A stretch of 64,000 nt of DNA from Planctomycetota bacterium (lineage in GTDB: Bacteria; Planctomycetota; UBA1135; UBA2386). Location: positions 1,728,001 through 1,792,000 of the forward strand of contig OZ245838.1 in the NCBI GenBank assembly GCA_965228735.1, in the 5' to 3' direction. Below are positions 9,992-19,700 of the stretch, piece after piece. How positions within the stretch are numbered: the first letter of the stretch is position 1; each line of letters begins with the position of its first letter. The notes under the pieces are model-generated. The model did no database searches and had not been told where the DNA came from. It saw only the letters and a list, made by a program, of their open reading frames with translations. A program made the position numbers and the translations under genes.

Positions 9992-11385
9992 CGACTTCCT
10001 CCGATCAGAGCTTCCAGTCTGGCGTGACTCTGATAGTGGTCGCGACACGCACGCCAGTAGGCAGTCTCGAACTGCAACAGGGCTCGCTCGCTGTCAATCA
10101 CCTCGAGCAGTGTCGAAGAACCCGCTGTGTAGGCAGCTCGCGTGACTGCAAGCGCCTCGCGAGATCTGGTCAACAGGGTGTCGCGATACAACACCACCTG
10201 GCGAGCCGCGTCCTCGAGCGCGAAAGCCGCCGCTTCGATCTCCGCCCTCAGCTTGGCGCGGTAGTCCTCGAACTCGGCCGTTGCCGCCCGAATCCCTCGC
10301 TCGGCCTCTCTCTCGGCGGCGTCGTAGCGGCCACGCCAGATGGGCAACGTGAACCCCACTCGCAAAGCCCAAGGATCATCGCCGCTTCCTCGTGTCGGCA
10401 TCAGTGCATCGTCCGTCTCGAGATAATCGACTCCGATCTGGAAGTCGGGCCACTTGTCCATGGCAGCAAGTCGGAGACGACGCTCGAACGTCTTGGCGCG
10501 CTCTGCGAGTTGGCGCAGACGCGGGCTGTTCTCGGTCGCTCGCTGCATCAGGGCGGCCGAGTCAACCGACGCGAGATCAGGTTCGCTCAGCTCGGGCAGA
10601 GGCAGGTCGGCTGCGCCCCTCCAGTTCATCGCAGCCGCGAGGCGCGAGCTCAACGACGGGCGCACACGCTCACGCGATTCGAGATCGTTCTCGACCCTGC
10701 CGATCTCGACCTGAAGGCGCAGCAGGTCGGCCTGCGTAGCTCGCCCAGCAGCGACCCGTTCTTGCAGCACGGCTTCCAGCTGCCTCAACAGCTCGAGGAC
10801 ATCGCGCGTGATCCGGATCACGTGCGACAGATAGGCGTATTCCGCGTAGTGCACGGCGACGTCGCGCTCCACCTCCAGGTGCTTCTGCACGACGACATGC
10901 CAGAGTTCTTCAGACTGCCCCCGTGCGACGTCGCTACGCAGATCGAGCTCCCCAAACCAGGGGAATGCCTGCGTAAGGGAATAGCGCCGTTGCTGCGGCC
11001 CAGTTCGCGTCTGAACCTCCTCGACGAACTGCGCGAACGTGAATTGCGGGTCGGGCAGGGACCCTGCCTGCGCCACCCGCTCAGCGCCCGCGAAGAACCG
11101 CTCGTAGGCGGCACGCAATCCCGCGTTGTGGTGCAATGCATACCGAACGTAGACAGTCAGGTCCGCCGATTGCCGCACCTGCGCCTCGGAAGGAGCAGGC
11201 GCCGCTCGACCCTCGCGGGCAAGACCGCTGCCAGAGCGATCCAGCCGTGAGCGCAGGCTCGGCGCCCTCATCGCGTCGAGGCGCGAGTCCCACAGACTCT
11301 GGTCGTAGGGCGTACCGCAGGAAGCAACGATCGCAGCTGCTGCTGCCAGACCGGCGAACCGCCGGCGGGGTTTCACGGAATTCAT
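9988..11385 (-). CDS. TolC/CusC-like outer membrane factor
   Basis: Lipobox VASC; LPDPQF, QAFPWFG and TLPIW motifs; first gene of a cusCBA-like operon. Confidence 0.88.
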   Translation of the reverse strand: MNSVKPRRRFAGLAAAAAIVASCGTPYDQSLWDSRLDAMRAPSLRSRLDRSGSGLAREGRAAPAPSEAQVRQSADLTVYVRYALHHNAGLRAAYERFFAGAERVAQAGSLPDPQFTFAQFVEEVQTRTGPQQRRYSLTQAFPWFGELDLRSDVARGQSEELWHVVVQKHLEVERDVAVHYAEYAYLSHVIRITRDVLELLRQLEAVLQERVAAGRATQADLLRLQVEIGRVENDLESRERVRPSLSSRLAAAMNWRGAADLPLPELSEPDLASVDSAALMQRATENSPRLRQLAERAKTFERRLRLAAMDKWPDFQIGVDYLETDDALMPTRGSGDDPWALRVGFTLPIWRGRYDAAEREAERGIRAATAEFEDYRAKLRAEIEAAAFALEDAARQVVLYRDTLLTRSREALAVTRAAYTAGSSTLLEVIDSERALLQFETAYWRACRDHYQSHARLEALIGGSR

Positions 11386-11494
11386 GGTCAGACCTGTCGG
11401 AAGGAGCAGTTCACACCGCGTCCATCCGCGGTGCAGAATCGGCGCGAAACGCACCGACCGGCCTCGTCGTCCCGCGACGGGCCGGCTCCACCGA

Positions 11495-11926
11495 CTAGAT
11501 CAGGAAGACCTCGAACAAGACGTACAGCGGCGGTCCCGTGCACCGCTGCTGCGTTTCATGACCAGCCCCAACAGACCGGGCCGCCGGGACTGGCCATTCG
11601 AAGTCTGCGCCCGCGGTTGGGGGCGAGACGGCAAACGAGGCATCCCCGCCGTCCTTTGGATCGACGGATCTCGGTCCCTGCTCTTCGTCACCGCAGCCGC
11701 AAGGCTCGCCGTCGTCATCTCCTGCGCCCGAACCATCACTCTCGCCGTCACGTTGCTCCGTCTCGGCAACGTCGTCGCGACAGCAACTCGTCGCACCGCC
11801 ATCCTCGTCGCCGGCCTCGAGGCTGATGCAGCAACACTGGACCTCGCCAGACTTGAGCATGCAGACCCAGCTCACCGGACCAGGCAACGTCATGATCGCG
11901 ACGAGCAGCGCTAGCAGGCTCGTCAC
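11495..11926 (-). CDS. Small Cys-rich protein upstream of the metal-efflux operon
   Basis: Hydrophobic N-terminus, C/CCC/CC/CGC clusters, C-terminal GPPLYVLFEVFLI; start codon uncertain (GTG assumed). Confidence 0.55.
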   Translation of the reverse strand: MTSLLALLVAIMTLPGPVSWVCMLKSGEVQCCCISLEAGDEDGGATSCCRDDVAETEQRDGESDGSGAGDDDGEPCGCGDEEQGPRSVDPKDGGDASFAVSPPTAGADFEWPVPAARSVGAGHETQQRCTGPPLYVLFEVFLI

Positions 11927-12072
11927 GATTCGGCGCGCAGGCACGTTGCGGGCGATCAAAGGCACTCGCTGGGAGCCTAGCCCACGTAGATGGCCGTGAC
12001 AACCCGCGCCAGGTCCGAAACCGTGCCGACCCACGCCATCCGCGGCACTTCGCCGCGCGCGTTCCACAGCGC

Positions 12073-12117
12073 TTTGGGACCAAGTGGTCGGTGGTTCGCA
12101 TCCTCTCGGTCCGACCA
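12073..12117 (+). pseudogene. Degenerate 3' half of tRNA-Pro(TGG); probable attachment scar of a genomic island
   Basis: TTTGGGACCA...GGTCGGTGGTTCGCATCCTCTCGGTCCGACCA gives the anticodon loop, T-arm and CCA end; no D-arm or 5' acceptor strand upstream. Confidence 0.78.
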
Positions 12118-12164
12118 TTCACGTCGACCGCTCCGTTTGGAGGACGCCGGTCGGGGGCCGGGCG

Positions 12165-13370
12165 TCAGGGTTTCTTCGCCGCTTCGAGTCGCATCAACTC
12201 GGCTGCCAGCACCGGGTGAAGCGTTCCCGCGCCGTAGTGCGCGCTGACCTCGAGCGCTCGTTCTACCGTCGCGCCGAGGACGTGGTAGGCGTGGCTGGCG
12301 ACCAGCGCGGCGCCGTACTCGGCGTTACCGCGCACGATCACGAATCGATCGCGGCCCTCCTTGCGACACTCGTCGTAGAACGCACCGAGGCGCTTCACCT
12401 CGGCGGTGCTCGGCAGCTGCGCTTGCCGCGGCAGGTGCAGATAGTGCCGGCCCAGGGCAGCCATCGCGCGGGCGGCCTCGGGAGCCGGCTGGGCCGACGT
12501 GTCGACGACGCCGTCCCAGTTGCGCTCCTTCACCCAGGCCAGGGTCTGCGCGTCGGCCACTTCGCCGACGACGAACCAAGGTACGGCTCTCGGGTAGCGG
12601 ACCGCGTTCGGGTCCTGGATCGGCAACGGTTCGGCCTCGTCCACCCCATCGCCATCCTTGTCGAACTCGACGCCCGCAGCCATGCCCCAGGTTCGAGACA
12701 GCGCCTCGTGCGACTGCTCGCGCATCTTGGCGAGCACCTTGTCCGCTGGATCACCGACGACGAGTGTCATGGCCGCGTAGGTGAACCGCGACATGCCTTC
12801 GGCCTCCAGGGCGCGATCGATCATGTAGTCGACACACTCCTCCAGACACGTGTCCGTCGGCACGAGCGCGACGAACTGCGCGCGTTCGAGCAGTGGTCCG
12901 GGCAGCCCGAGCCGCCCGTCGTCGCCCCGCACCGGAGTCGTGAGCATGTGCAGCGGCACGGCGGGATCGACGTCGATCTCCTTGCCGCCGGGCGCCATCT
13001 GGACGCGCGAGCCGAACTCGAAGTTCGCCTTCTCCTTGCCGCCGAACACTTGCTGGCACCACTCGGTGACGGCTTTCCCGTACTCCTCGGGATCCGCGAT
13101 CGGCAGGGGGTCGTCGAACGACAGCGCCAGAACGAGCCCGCGCTCCGGCGCGCTCCCGAGCATCTCGGCGACCGTCGTCCGCGCCGCGGCTACCCGCTGG
13201 TGAACCTCGGCCGCCGCGCTCTCGTCGCGCGCCAGGACGAAGGCCTCGTCGCTCACGAACAGACGATACTCCCGCCACCCGGTCGGCAGCTCCGGATCGG
13301 GCGGCGCCCAATCCACCGAAGTGCAGGCGGCAACGAGAACGAACAGGAAGACCGGGATCGATTCGCGCAT
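12165..13370 (-). CDS. Lipoprotein with a C-terminal DUF442/PTP-like domain lacking the catalytic Cys
   Basis: Lipobox VAAC; C-terminal region resembles the phosphatase-like fold (VVGEVADAQTLAWVKERNWDGVVD). Confidence 0.5.
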   Translation of the reverse strand: MRESIPVFLFVLVAACTSVDWAPPDPELPTGWREYRLFVSDEAFVLARDESAAAEVHQRVAAARTTVAEMLGSAPERGLVLALSFDDPLPIADPEEYGKAVTEWCQQVFGGKEKANFEFGSRVQMAPGGKEIDVDPAVPLHMLTTPVRGDDGRLGLPGPLLERAQFVALVPTDTCLEECVDYMIDRALEAEGMSRFTYAAMTLVVGDPADKVLAKMREQSHEALSRTWGMAAGVEFDKDGDGVDEAEPLPIQDPNAVRYPRAVPWFVVGEVADAQTLAWVKERNWDGVVDTSAQPAPEAARAMAALGRHYLHLPRQAQLPSTAEVKRLGAFYDECRKEGRDRFVIVRGNAEYGAALVASHAYHVLGATVERALEVSAHYGAGTLHPVLAAELMRLEAAKKP

Positions 13371-13418
13371 CGGATGAGCCGCTGACAGTCAGCCGGAACG
13401 CTACCAACACGACCGACC

Positions 13419-14600
13419 CTACCGCACCAGCGACACCCCGGGATTCGTCGCCTGCGTCCCGGTGACCGGTCCGAAGCACGCTGCCTGCCAGTGCAGGCGG
13501 AAGCCCCGCAGGCCCGGATTGTTCGGCACGGCGACGGCTCCCGTGACGGGCACGCCCTGCTGCTGCTGGCCGATCGCGACGAACACGTGCACGCTCGCGT
13601 CGAGCCAGAACGGGTCCATGAAGCCGGCGACGTTGCTCTTCACCCCGGGCAGACCGACCACGAGCACGACCAGATCCCCGACCTCGGTCTCGACCGCAGC
13701 CTGCAGGGTGCCGCCGAGTGGCGCTCCGTCAGCCACGAGCGCGGGCATCACATCGTCCGCGAGTTCCTGCGGGAGCACCATGTTCGAGCTGAACAACGTC
13801 GCGCGCGGCGAGACGCGCGACATCCCGACCGGCTGGATCGCGCTGCCGCCGAAGACCGGCTGTCCCGAGCCGGCGCTCACGATGCCGCCGCGAACCGCGC
13901 CGGCGACGACCCGCAGGCTCGCAGCATTCAACCCGATACCGTTGCCGGGCTGGTCCGCGGCGGGGCCGCCGATCCGACCATCGCCGCCTTCGATCACGGT
14001 GCTCGCCCCGGCGACCACGAGCGTCCCGTTCCGGCAGAACACGGCCGTCCGGCCGTTGCCGTTGGCCATGAGGTAGCCCTCGCCGCGAACGGTGCTGCTC
14101 TCGATCGTTGCATGGGTCGTGTCGAGCCCGACCGTGCAGAGGATCCGACTGTCGCGAATCGCGAGTTGGTCGCACCTGGTCGCGGAAATGCCGACCGCGT
14201 GGCTGAACGGCAAGGCATAGAAGCCGCCCGGGTGCGTGATCCGCTCCACCAGGACCGCGCCCGCGCAATCCGTGAGCTGCAGCAGTCGTTGGCCGCCGGT
14301 CGGAGCTGTCCAGGTCAGTTCGCGAATCGTCACGGCCTGGGCAACCGCGGTCGTATCGATCTGCACCTCGCCGGTGACTACGGCCCCGGGCTCCCCGAGG
14401 ATCGAGAGACCCTTGCCCGACATCGAGAACGCCTGGTAGTTGCCGGGCCGGACGATCAACACGGCGCCATCGGGAACGGCGGCGACGGCCGTCGGCAGAC
14501 TGGTGTAGTGCGACCCGGCCCCGCCATTCGCGTCGACGACGAACGTCTGCGCGGTGAGCGCGGCGAGGCAGAAGAACGGCGCGACGACTCGTGCAAGCAT
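13419..14600 (-). CDS. Secreted beta-helix-like protein with the shared C-terminal domain
   Basis: Signal peptide ending AQ; FVVDANGGAGSHYTSLPTAVAAVPDG..IVRPGNY; paralogous to 36525..37640. Confidence 0.7.
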   Translation of the reverse strand: MLARVVAPFFCLAALTAQTFVVDANGGAGSHYTSLPTAVAAVPDGAVLIVRPGNYQAFSMSGKGLSILGEPGAVVTGEVQIDTTAVAQAVTIRELTWTAPTGGQRLLQLTDCAGAVLVERITHPGGFYALPFSHAVGISATRCDQLAIRDSRILCTVGLDTTHATIESSTVRGEGYLMANGNGRTAVFCRNGTLVVAGASTVIEGGDGRIGGPAADQPGNGIGLNAASLRVVAGAVRGGIVSAGSGQPVFGGSAIQPVGMSRVSPRATLFSSNMVLPQELADDVMPALVADGAPLGGTLQAAVETEVGDLVVLVVGLPGVKSNVAGFMDPFWLDASVHVFVAIGQQQQGVPVTGAVAVPNNPGLRGFRLHWQAACFGPVTGTQATNPGVSLVR

Positions 14601-14735
14601 GGTTGACCCCGGTGGGCGTGCAATTCTCCGCGGTTTCCCGAGGGTGTCAACGCGCCCAGCATCGCCGGGCACGATCGCGGTTGGCTGCGGCACAACAACG
14701 TCGACCCGCAGAGGGACGACCGTTCTGATGGCGGC

Positions 14736-15650
14736 ATGAACGACGGCCACGCCGCAGCGTTCGCGGAGCGCGCGCGCGCCTACTGGACCGACGCCGAGCT
14801 GCTCCGCGTCACGGAGGGCAAGGACCTGATGATCCTGCCGACGACCGCGCCGGTCCTGCTGCGGACGCTCGGGCTGCTGCGCCGTGATGCGTCGATGCCA
14901 CCCCCGCAGGTTCGAAAGTTCCTGCAGCTCAACCACATGCTCAGACTCCTGCGGCCGCCGCTGCTCGAGCTGATGACCCGCGATGCACCGCTCCACATCG
15001 CGGACGCCGGCTGCGGGCTCTCGTATCTGACGCTGGCGCTCGCCTGGTGTCTGCGGCACGTGTTCGAGCACGAAGCGGCCTTGCTCGGCGTCGATCGCCG
15101 GCAGGACCTCATCGAAACGTGCCGGGTCAATGCGGAACGCGCGGGACTCGACGACTGCATGACGTTCCGCGCGCAAGCCGTCGACGATGTCGAACCGTCG
15201 CACCCCATCGACGTCGTCCTGGCGCTGCATGCGTGCGACGTCGCGACCGATCACGCCATCGCGCTCGGCCTGCGCCACGGGGCATCCCTGATCGCGGTCG
15301 CCCCCTGCTGCCAGGCCGAGCTCGCGAGCGCGTGGGCCGAACTCGACGAGACCAGCGCGCCACTGCACCCGATCTGGCACACGCCACACCTGCGCCGCGA
15401 AGCGGCCGCGACCGTGACCGACACCATGCGCATGGTGCTGCTGCGGGCCTGCGGGTACGAGACGCGCGTCGTCGAGTTCGTGCCTTCGCGACACACGCCG
15501 AAGAACACGCTGATCCGCGCGATGCGACGCGGCACCCCCGATCGCGCGGCGGCCGCCGCGTATCGCGAACTCAAGGCGGCGACGGGCGGCGCCGGCATCG
15601 CGCTCGAAGCATGCCCCGAGGTCGCCGCGGTGCTCGAGCAAGCGACGTAG
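14736..15650 (+). CDS. SAM-dependent methyltransferase (Methyltransf_32-like)
   Basis: DAGCGLSYL, LALHACD.ATD, APCC, EFV..HTPKN. Confidence 0.85.
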   Translation: MNDGHAAAFAERARAYWTDAELLRVTEGKDLMILPTTAPVLLRTLGLLRRDASMPPPQVRKFLQLNHMLRLLRPPLLELMTRDAPLHIADAGCGLSYLTLALAWCLRHVFEHEAALLGVDRRQDLIETCRVNAERAGLDDCMTFRAQAVDDVEPSHPIDVVLALHACDVATDHAIALGLRHGASLIAVAPCCQAELASAWAELDETSAPLHPIWHTPHLRREAAATVTDTMRMVLLRACGYETRVVEFVPSRHTPKNTLIRAMRRGTPDRAAAAAYRELKAATGGAGIALEACPEVAAVLEQAT

Positions 15651-15892
15651 CCGCGAGCCCGTCCGGCCTCCTCACCGCAGATCGACCACGCCGAGGCCCA
15701 ACCGCACGGCACTGGGTGCGCGCTGCTCGCCGCGCCCGCCCAGGCCGTCGTGGCGGTCGCGACCGACGGCTTCGAGACGAGCACGGCGCCGCTGACGCCG
15801 AGGACGCTGCAACGCCGCGAACGGCGCGCAGGGCCGGCGACATAATCGTCAGGGTTTTGGCAACCTTCTCGCTGCATCCGTACCTTGAACGC

Positions 15893-16477
15893 ATGACCGA
15901 TCCGTTCGACCCGAACGCGGAGCGCCGCTTCGTCGATGGCGTTCTGGCCGGTCACCCTGGAGCCCGCGCCGTGTTCGAGAAACGCATCCACTGTGTGCCA
16001 CGCATGCTCGCCGCGCTGAACACGCGGCGCGGTCGGCCGCTGGCGGCGCACGACCTCGACGATCTGGCGCAGGAAACGATGCTCGTAGCGCTGCGCAAGT
16101 TGCCGTCGTTCCGGCCGATCGCGCCGCTCGAGGGCTGGTTGTATCGGCTCTGCCACTACGAGTTCCTCAACGCGCTGCGGCGCCGCGGCCGGGATCGTCG
16201 GCGCGAGCAGTCCGCCGGTGACGGCCTCGACGCCGTCGCGGCGAATCCAGCAGCCGAACCGACCTCGGACGAGACCCTGCACCTCGCAATCGAGCGGCTC
16301 GGCGGCATCGAAGCCGAGGTCATCAGGCTGAAGCACTTCGACGGCCTGACCCTGGCCGAGATCGCAGCCCGGCTCGGAGAGCCCGAGTCGACGGTCAAGG
16401 CGCGCTACTACCGCGCGCGGAAGAAGCTCGAACGGCTGCTCCGCGAGGATCCGCCCGCGGACGAGGAGCCTTCATGA
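15893..16477 (+). CDS. ECF RNA polymerase sigma-70 factor
   Basis: DDLAQET region 2, EGWLYRL, region 4 HTH GLTLAEIAARLGEPESTVKARYYRA. Confidence 0.9.
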   Translation: MTDPFDPNAERRFVDGVLAGHPGARAVFEKRIHCVPRMLAALNTRRGRPLAAHDLDDLAQETMLVALRKLPSFRPIAPLEGWLYRLCHYEFLNALRRRGRDRRREQSAGDGLDAVAANPAAEPTSDETLHLAIERLGGIEAEVIRLKHFDGLTLAEIAARLGEPESTVKARYYRARKKLERLLREDPPADEEPS

Positions 16478-17157
16478 CGACCGAACATCACGACGAAGCG
16501 CACGAGCTCGTGCTCGCGGAGATCCTCGCCGGGGAACTCGATGTCGCCGCGGCCACAGCGGCAGCGGTGCGCGAGTGTCGCGAATGCCGCGCCGAGCTCG
16601 AGCGCATGCAGGCGACGACGGAGCGTCTCGACGCCGCCGGCAGGGAGCATCGCGAGATGGTCGCACTCGCGGCCGAGCCGAAGGAGGCGCGGGGTCTCGA
16701 CACCCCCGTCGCAGCGCCTCGCCGCTGGTTGCCGTTCGCCGCGGCTGCGGCGGTGCTGGTGGTCGTGATCCTGGGCCTGCGCTTGCGCTGGTTCGACGAG
16801 ACTGGGCCGCGCGGCCTCGATCGCAACATGCTGCTCCACGGAGCCGTCGACGTTCGCGGGTTCCATCCTGCCGGCGCCGTCGCCGAGACCGAGCTGTTCC
16901 CGTTCCGGTGGAAGAACGTGATCGAGCTGCTGGATCCGACCTATCGGATCGAGGTCCACGAGATCGACCGCGATGGCAACCTGTTGCCGACACCGATCGC
17001 GGAGGGCGAGGCCTTGCGCCAACGCGAGTGGCTGCCCGACGAGCAGGACCGCGCTAGGATCCTCGCATGCGCGGCCTTCCAGTGGCAGGTGATCGCCAAG
17101 GGCCAGGCGACGGAGGTCGAGCTCCGTCTGCCTGCGATCGTCGCGGCCCGCCGCTAG
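16474..17157 (+). CDS. Putative membrane-anchored anti-sigma factor
   Basis: ATGA overlap with the sigma gene; CxxC (CREC) in the N-terminus; one transmembrane helix. Confidence 0.7.
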   Translation: MTTEHHDEAHELVLAEILAGELDVAAATAAAVRECRECRAELERMQATTERLDAAGREHREMVALAAEPKEARGLDTPVAAPRRWLPFAAAAAVLVVVILGLRLRWFDETGPRGLDRNMLLHGAVDVRGFHPAGAVAETELFPFRWKNVIELLDPTYRIEVHEIDRDGNLLPTPIAEGEALRQREWLPDEQDRARILACAAFQWQVIAKGQATEVELRLPAIVAARR

Positions 17158-19700
17158 GCTGGGGCCCGCTCGTTCTCGCGCTGATCGTCGTGCTCGTAGC
17201 GGGCGGCGTCTGGTGGCTCGGCCGCGGTGCGGCGGCCGGAGCCGAAACCGAAAGCGAGCCGACCGCGTACGACCGCCTGTGGGCGCGTATCATGGACGCC
17301 GGCGCCGCCCGGGATGTCGGCGCGCTGCGCGTGCTGCTCGACGAGACGGCGGCCGGGCCGGTTGACCGTGATCACGGCGCCGCCTCGGCCTACTTCACGG
17401 TTGCCAGCTACGTCGCCGGTCTCGATCCCGACGTGAGCAGCGAGCTGCTGCGGCCCGCGTTCGAGGCCGCCCGCCGAGGGGCGAACGCACCCGACCTCGA
17501 AGCGGAGTCTCGCGCGGCCGCTGTCAGCAACGCGGCCTGGCTCGGCACGCGGATCGCCGACGCCATGCGACGGGAGAGCGCCACCCCGGCGGTGCGGCTC
17601 GCGTTCCTCGAGCGCGTGCCGTCGCCGCCTGGCGACCTCAACGGGTTGTGGGCCGCGGTCCAGAGGTTCGACTGCCTCCTGGAGCTCGGGCGGCCAGGCA
17701 ACATCGCGGCCGAGCTCGACGCGATTCGACTCGACGCGTTCGAGGGCCCGAGCGCCGCGGTGGCGCAGCTGCTGGTGCGCGCGTGCCGCGCCGAGCTCGA
17801 CCTGTACGTCGGCAATCACGACGAGGCGCTGCGGCATCTGCTGCCCGTGGTGCGTGACGAGACGCAATTGACGATTGCCGGTCAGCTCGATCCGGTCGCG
17901 GTGTTCCGGCTACACAGCACCTACATCAACTATCTGTTCGCCGCCGCCCGTTTCGACGAAGTCAGCGATGCCGTCGCCGCGGCCCGGGGCTCTGGTACGG
18001 CCGTGACGGACTCCGATGACGGGGAGTTCCTGGACCTGCACAGCGCGGCCGCGACGCTGATCGGCAGCAGCGCGGACGCCGCCGATCGCGCGGCGGCAGT
18101 CGCGGTCCTGGACCGCCTCGGCGCCGAGTCGCGATTCGACGAAACACGGTGTTGGGCCGCGATTCACCGCATGCGTGCGGCGCTGCGGACTCCCGACTTC
18201 GAAGCCGCCGCGGCCGCGCTCGCCCGCGCGCGGGCCACGGTGACGGCGGGCCTCGAAGGACCGCGGCGGTATCTGGAGACCGGCGATGCGGCGCTCCTGC
18301 TGCAGCGACACCGCGAGGAGCCCGTCGAGCCGGGCGAGCTCGCCGCCGCGGCCCGGCGGCTCGAGACGCTCTGGATCGAACTCACGGCGGAGGTCACGCA
18401 GCTGCCGCAACGGGCGGGCGGCGTCGGGTTCCTGCACTACGCGTTCCGCCGCGACGTGCTCGCGCAACGTCTGGCCCTGCGTCTTGCGCTCGACCCGTCC
18501 CCGTCCGGCGTCGAAGGTGCCCTCGAGTCACTGCTCGCCGCTCGCGAAGCGCTCCACCCCGGGGCCGGCACCGCGCGCAACGGTGGTTCGTCAGCGCCTG
18601 ACGTGACGCTCCGAGCCGTGCGCGATCAGGCGCTCGTCTCGGAGCGTCACGGCGTGCTGATCTACCTGCTGGGCGGCGGTTCGTCGCACGTCTTCGCCGT
18701 GGATCGCGATAGGGTCGTCCACGCCGATCTGCGGGGCACGGATGCGTTGCACGAGATGGCGCGCCGGGTCGCGGCCGCGATCGGGCGCGGACTCGACCTG
18801 GCCAGAGCCAAGGGTCGCGAGGCAGCGCTCGAGCAGCAGCGGTGGTCCGCTTGCCGAGACATCGAGGACGCGGCCGCGGCGGCTGCGGCAGCCGTGTTGC
18901 CGGAGTCGATCCGCGCCGTGATGGCGGATTGGGATCGACTGTCCGTCATGGGAAGCGACCTGCTGCCGCAGCTGCCGTTGGAGTGCCTGCCGTTCGACGG
19001 GGATCTGCTCGGCGAGCGCTTCGCCGTCGATCACTGGCCGGGCGCGGCGTTCGCGCTGGCCTGCACTCCGGCCGCGACGAGTTCGAGTTCGTCGGGCCCC
19101 GGTCCACTGCGGCTCGCACTCTTCGGTACCGTGCGACGCCCCGGCGACCGCGACGGGCTCCACTCGGGCCACGTCGCCCCATGGCTCGCCGACTTCGACG
19201 AGCCGATCGTGCGGCTGGAACAGCACTGTCGGCTCGGGGAGTTGACCGCGCTGGCGGCGATGGACGTGCTCGTGCTGTTGGCCCACGGCCGACGACGTCC
19301 GGACCTCGTCCGGCCGCTCGTGCTCGAGCTCGCGGACGGCGAGCTCGCCTGCACCGACGTCGCTCGGCTGCCGGCGCCGCGCTGCGCCGTGCTCGCCGCA
19401 TGCAACGCCGCTCTGGGGCCCAACCGCTTCGGCGCGCCGCTGCGCGCCGACCTGGGCGGAGCGTTCCTGGAGCACGGCACGCAGTGCGTCATCGCCTCGC
19501 CGTTCGCGCTGCGGCTCGCCCCGACGATGCGAGTCCTCGGTGTCGCGCTACCTCTGCTTGCGAACGGCGCCGACCCAGCCGATGCGTTGCAGCGCGCCCG
19601 CCGCGCGCTTGCCGAGGCGAAGGACGCGGAGGGCGCGCTCGACCGCTGGACGAGCGCGCCGCTGGCCGTCTTCGGCTATGGCCACCGCGCGTTCCGCTGA
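17067..19700 (+). CDS. CHAT (caspase-like) protease domain protein with an N-terminal TM and helical region
   Basis: LPQLPLECL, LVLLAHG (His) and VLAACN (Cys) motifs; GGAFLEHGTQCVIAS; start uncertain (17067 to about 17190). Confidence 0.8.
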   Translation: MRGLPVAGDRQGPGDGGRAPSACDRRGPPLGWGPLVLALIVVLVAGGVWWLGRGAAAGAETESEPTAYDRLWARIMDAGAARDVGALRVLLDETAAGPVDRDHGAASAYFTVASYVAGLDPDVSSELLRPAFEAARRGANAPDLEAESRAAAVSNAAWLGTRIADAMRRESATPAVRLAFLERVPSPPGDLNGLWAAVQRFDCLLELGRPGNIAAELDAIRLDAFEGPSAAVAQLLVRACRAELDLYVGNHDEALRHLLPVVRDETQLTIAGQLDPVAVFRLHSTYINYLFAAARFDEVSDAVAAARGSGTAVTDSDDGEFLDLHSAAATLIGSSADAADRAAAVAVLDRLGAESRFDETRCWAAIHRMRAALRTPDFEAAAAALARARATVTAGLEGPRRYLETGDAALLLQRHREEPVEPGELAAAARRLETLWIELTAEVTQLPQRAGGVGFLHYAFRRDVLAQRLALRLALDPSPSGVEGALESLLAAREALHPGAGTARNGGSSAPDVTLRAVRDQALVSERHGVLIYLLGGGSSHVFAVDRDRVVHADLRGTDALHEMARRVAAAIGRGLDLARAKGREAALEQQRWSACRDIEDAAAAAAAAVLPESIRAVMADWDRLSVMGSDLLPQLPLECLPFDGDLLGERFAVDHWPGAAFALACTPAATSSSSSGPGPLRLALFGTVRRPGDRDGLHSGHVAPWLADFDEPIVRLEQHCRLGELTALAAMDVLVLLAHGRRRPDLVRPLVLELADGELACTDVARLPAPRCAVLAACNAALGPNRFGAPLRADLGGAFLEHGTQCVIASPFALRLAPTMRVLGVALPLLANGADPADALQRARRALAEAKDAEGALDRWTSAPLAVFGYGHRAFR

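Noticed and set aside
12040..12117. Functional tRNA-Pro gene
   Set aside because: No 5' acceptor strand or D-arm; the T-loop reads TTCGCAT and the T-stem has a mismatch.
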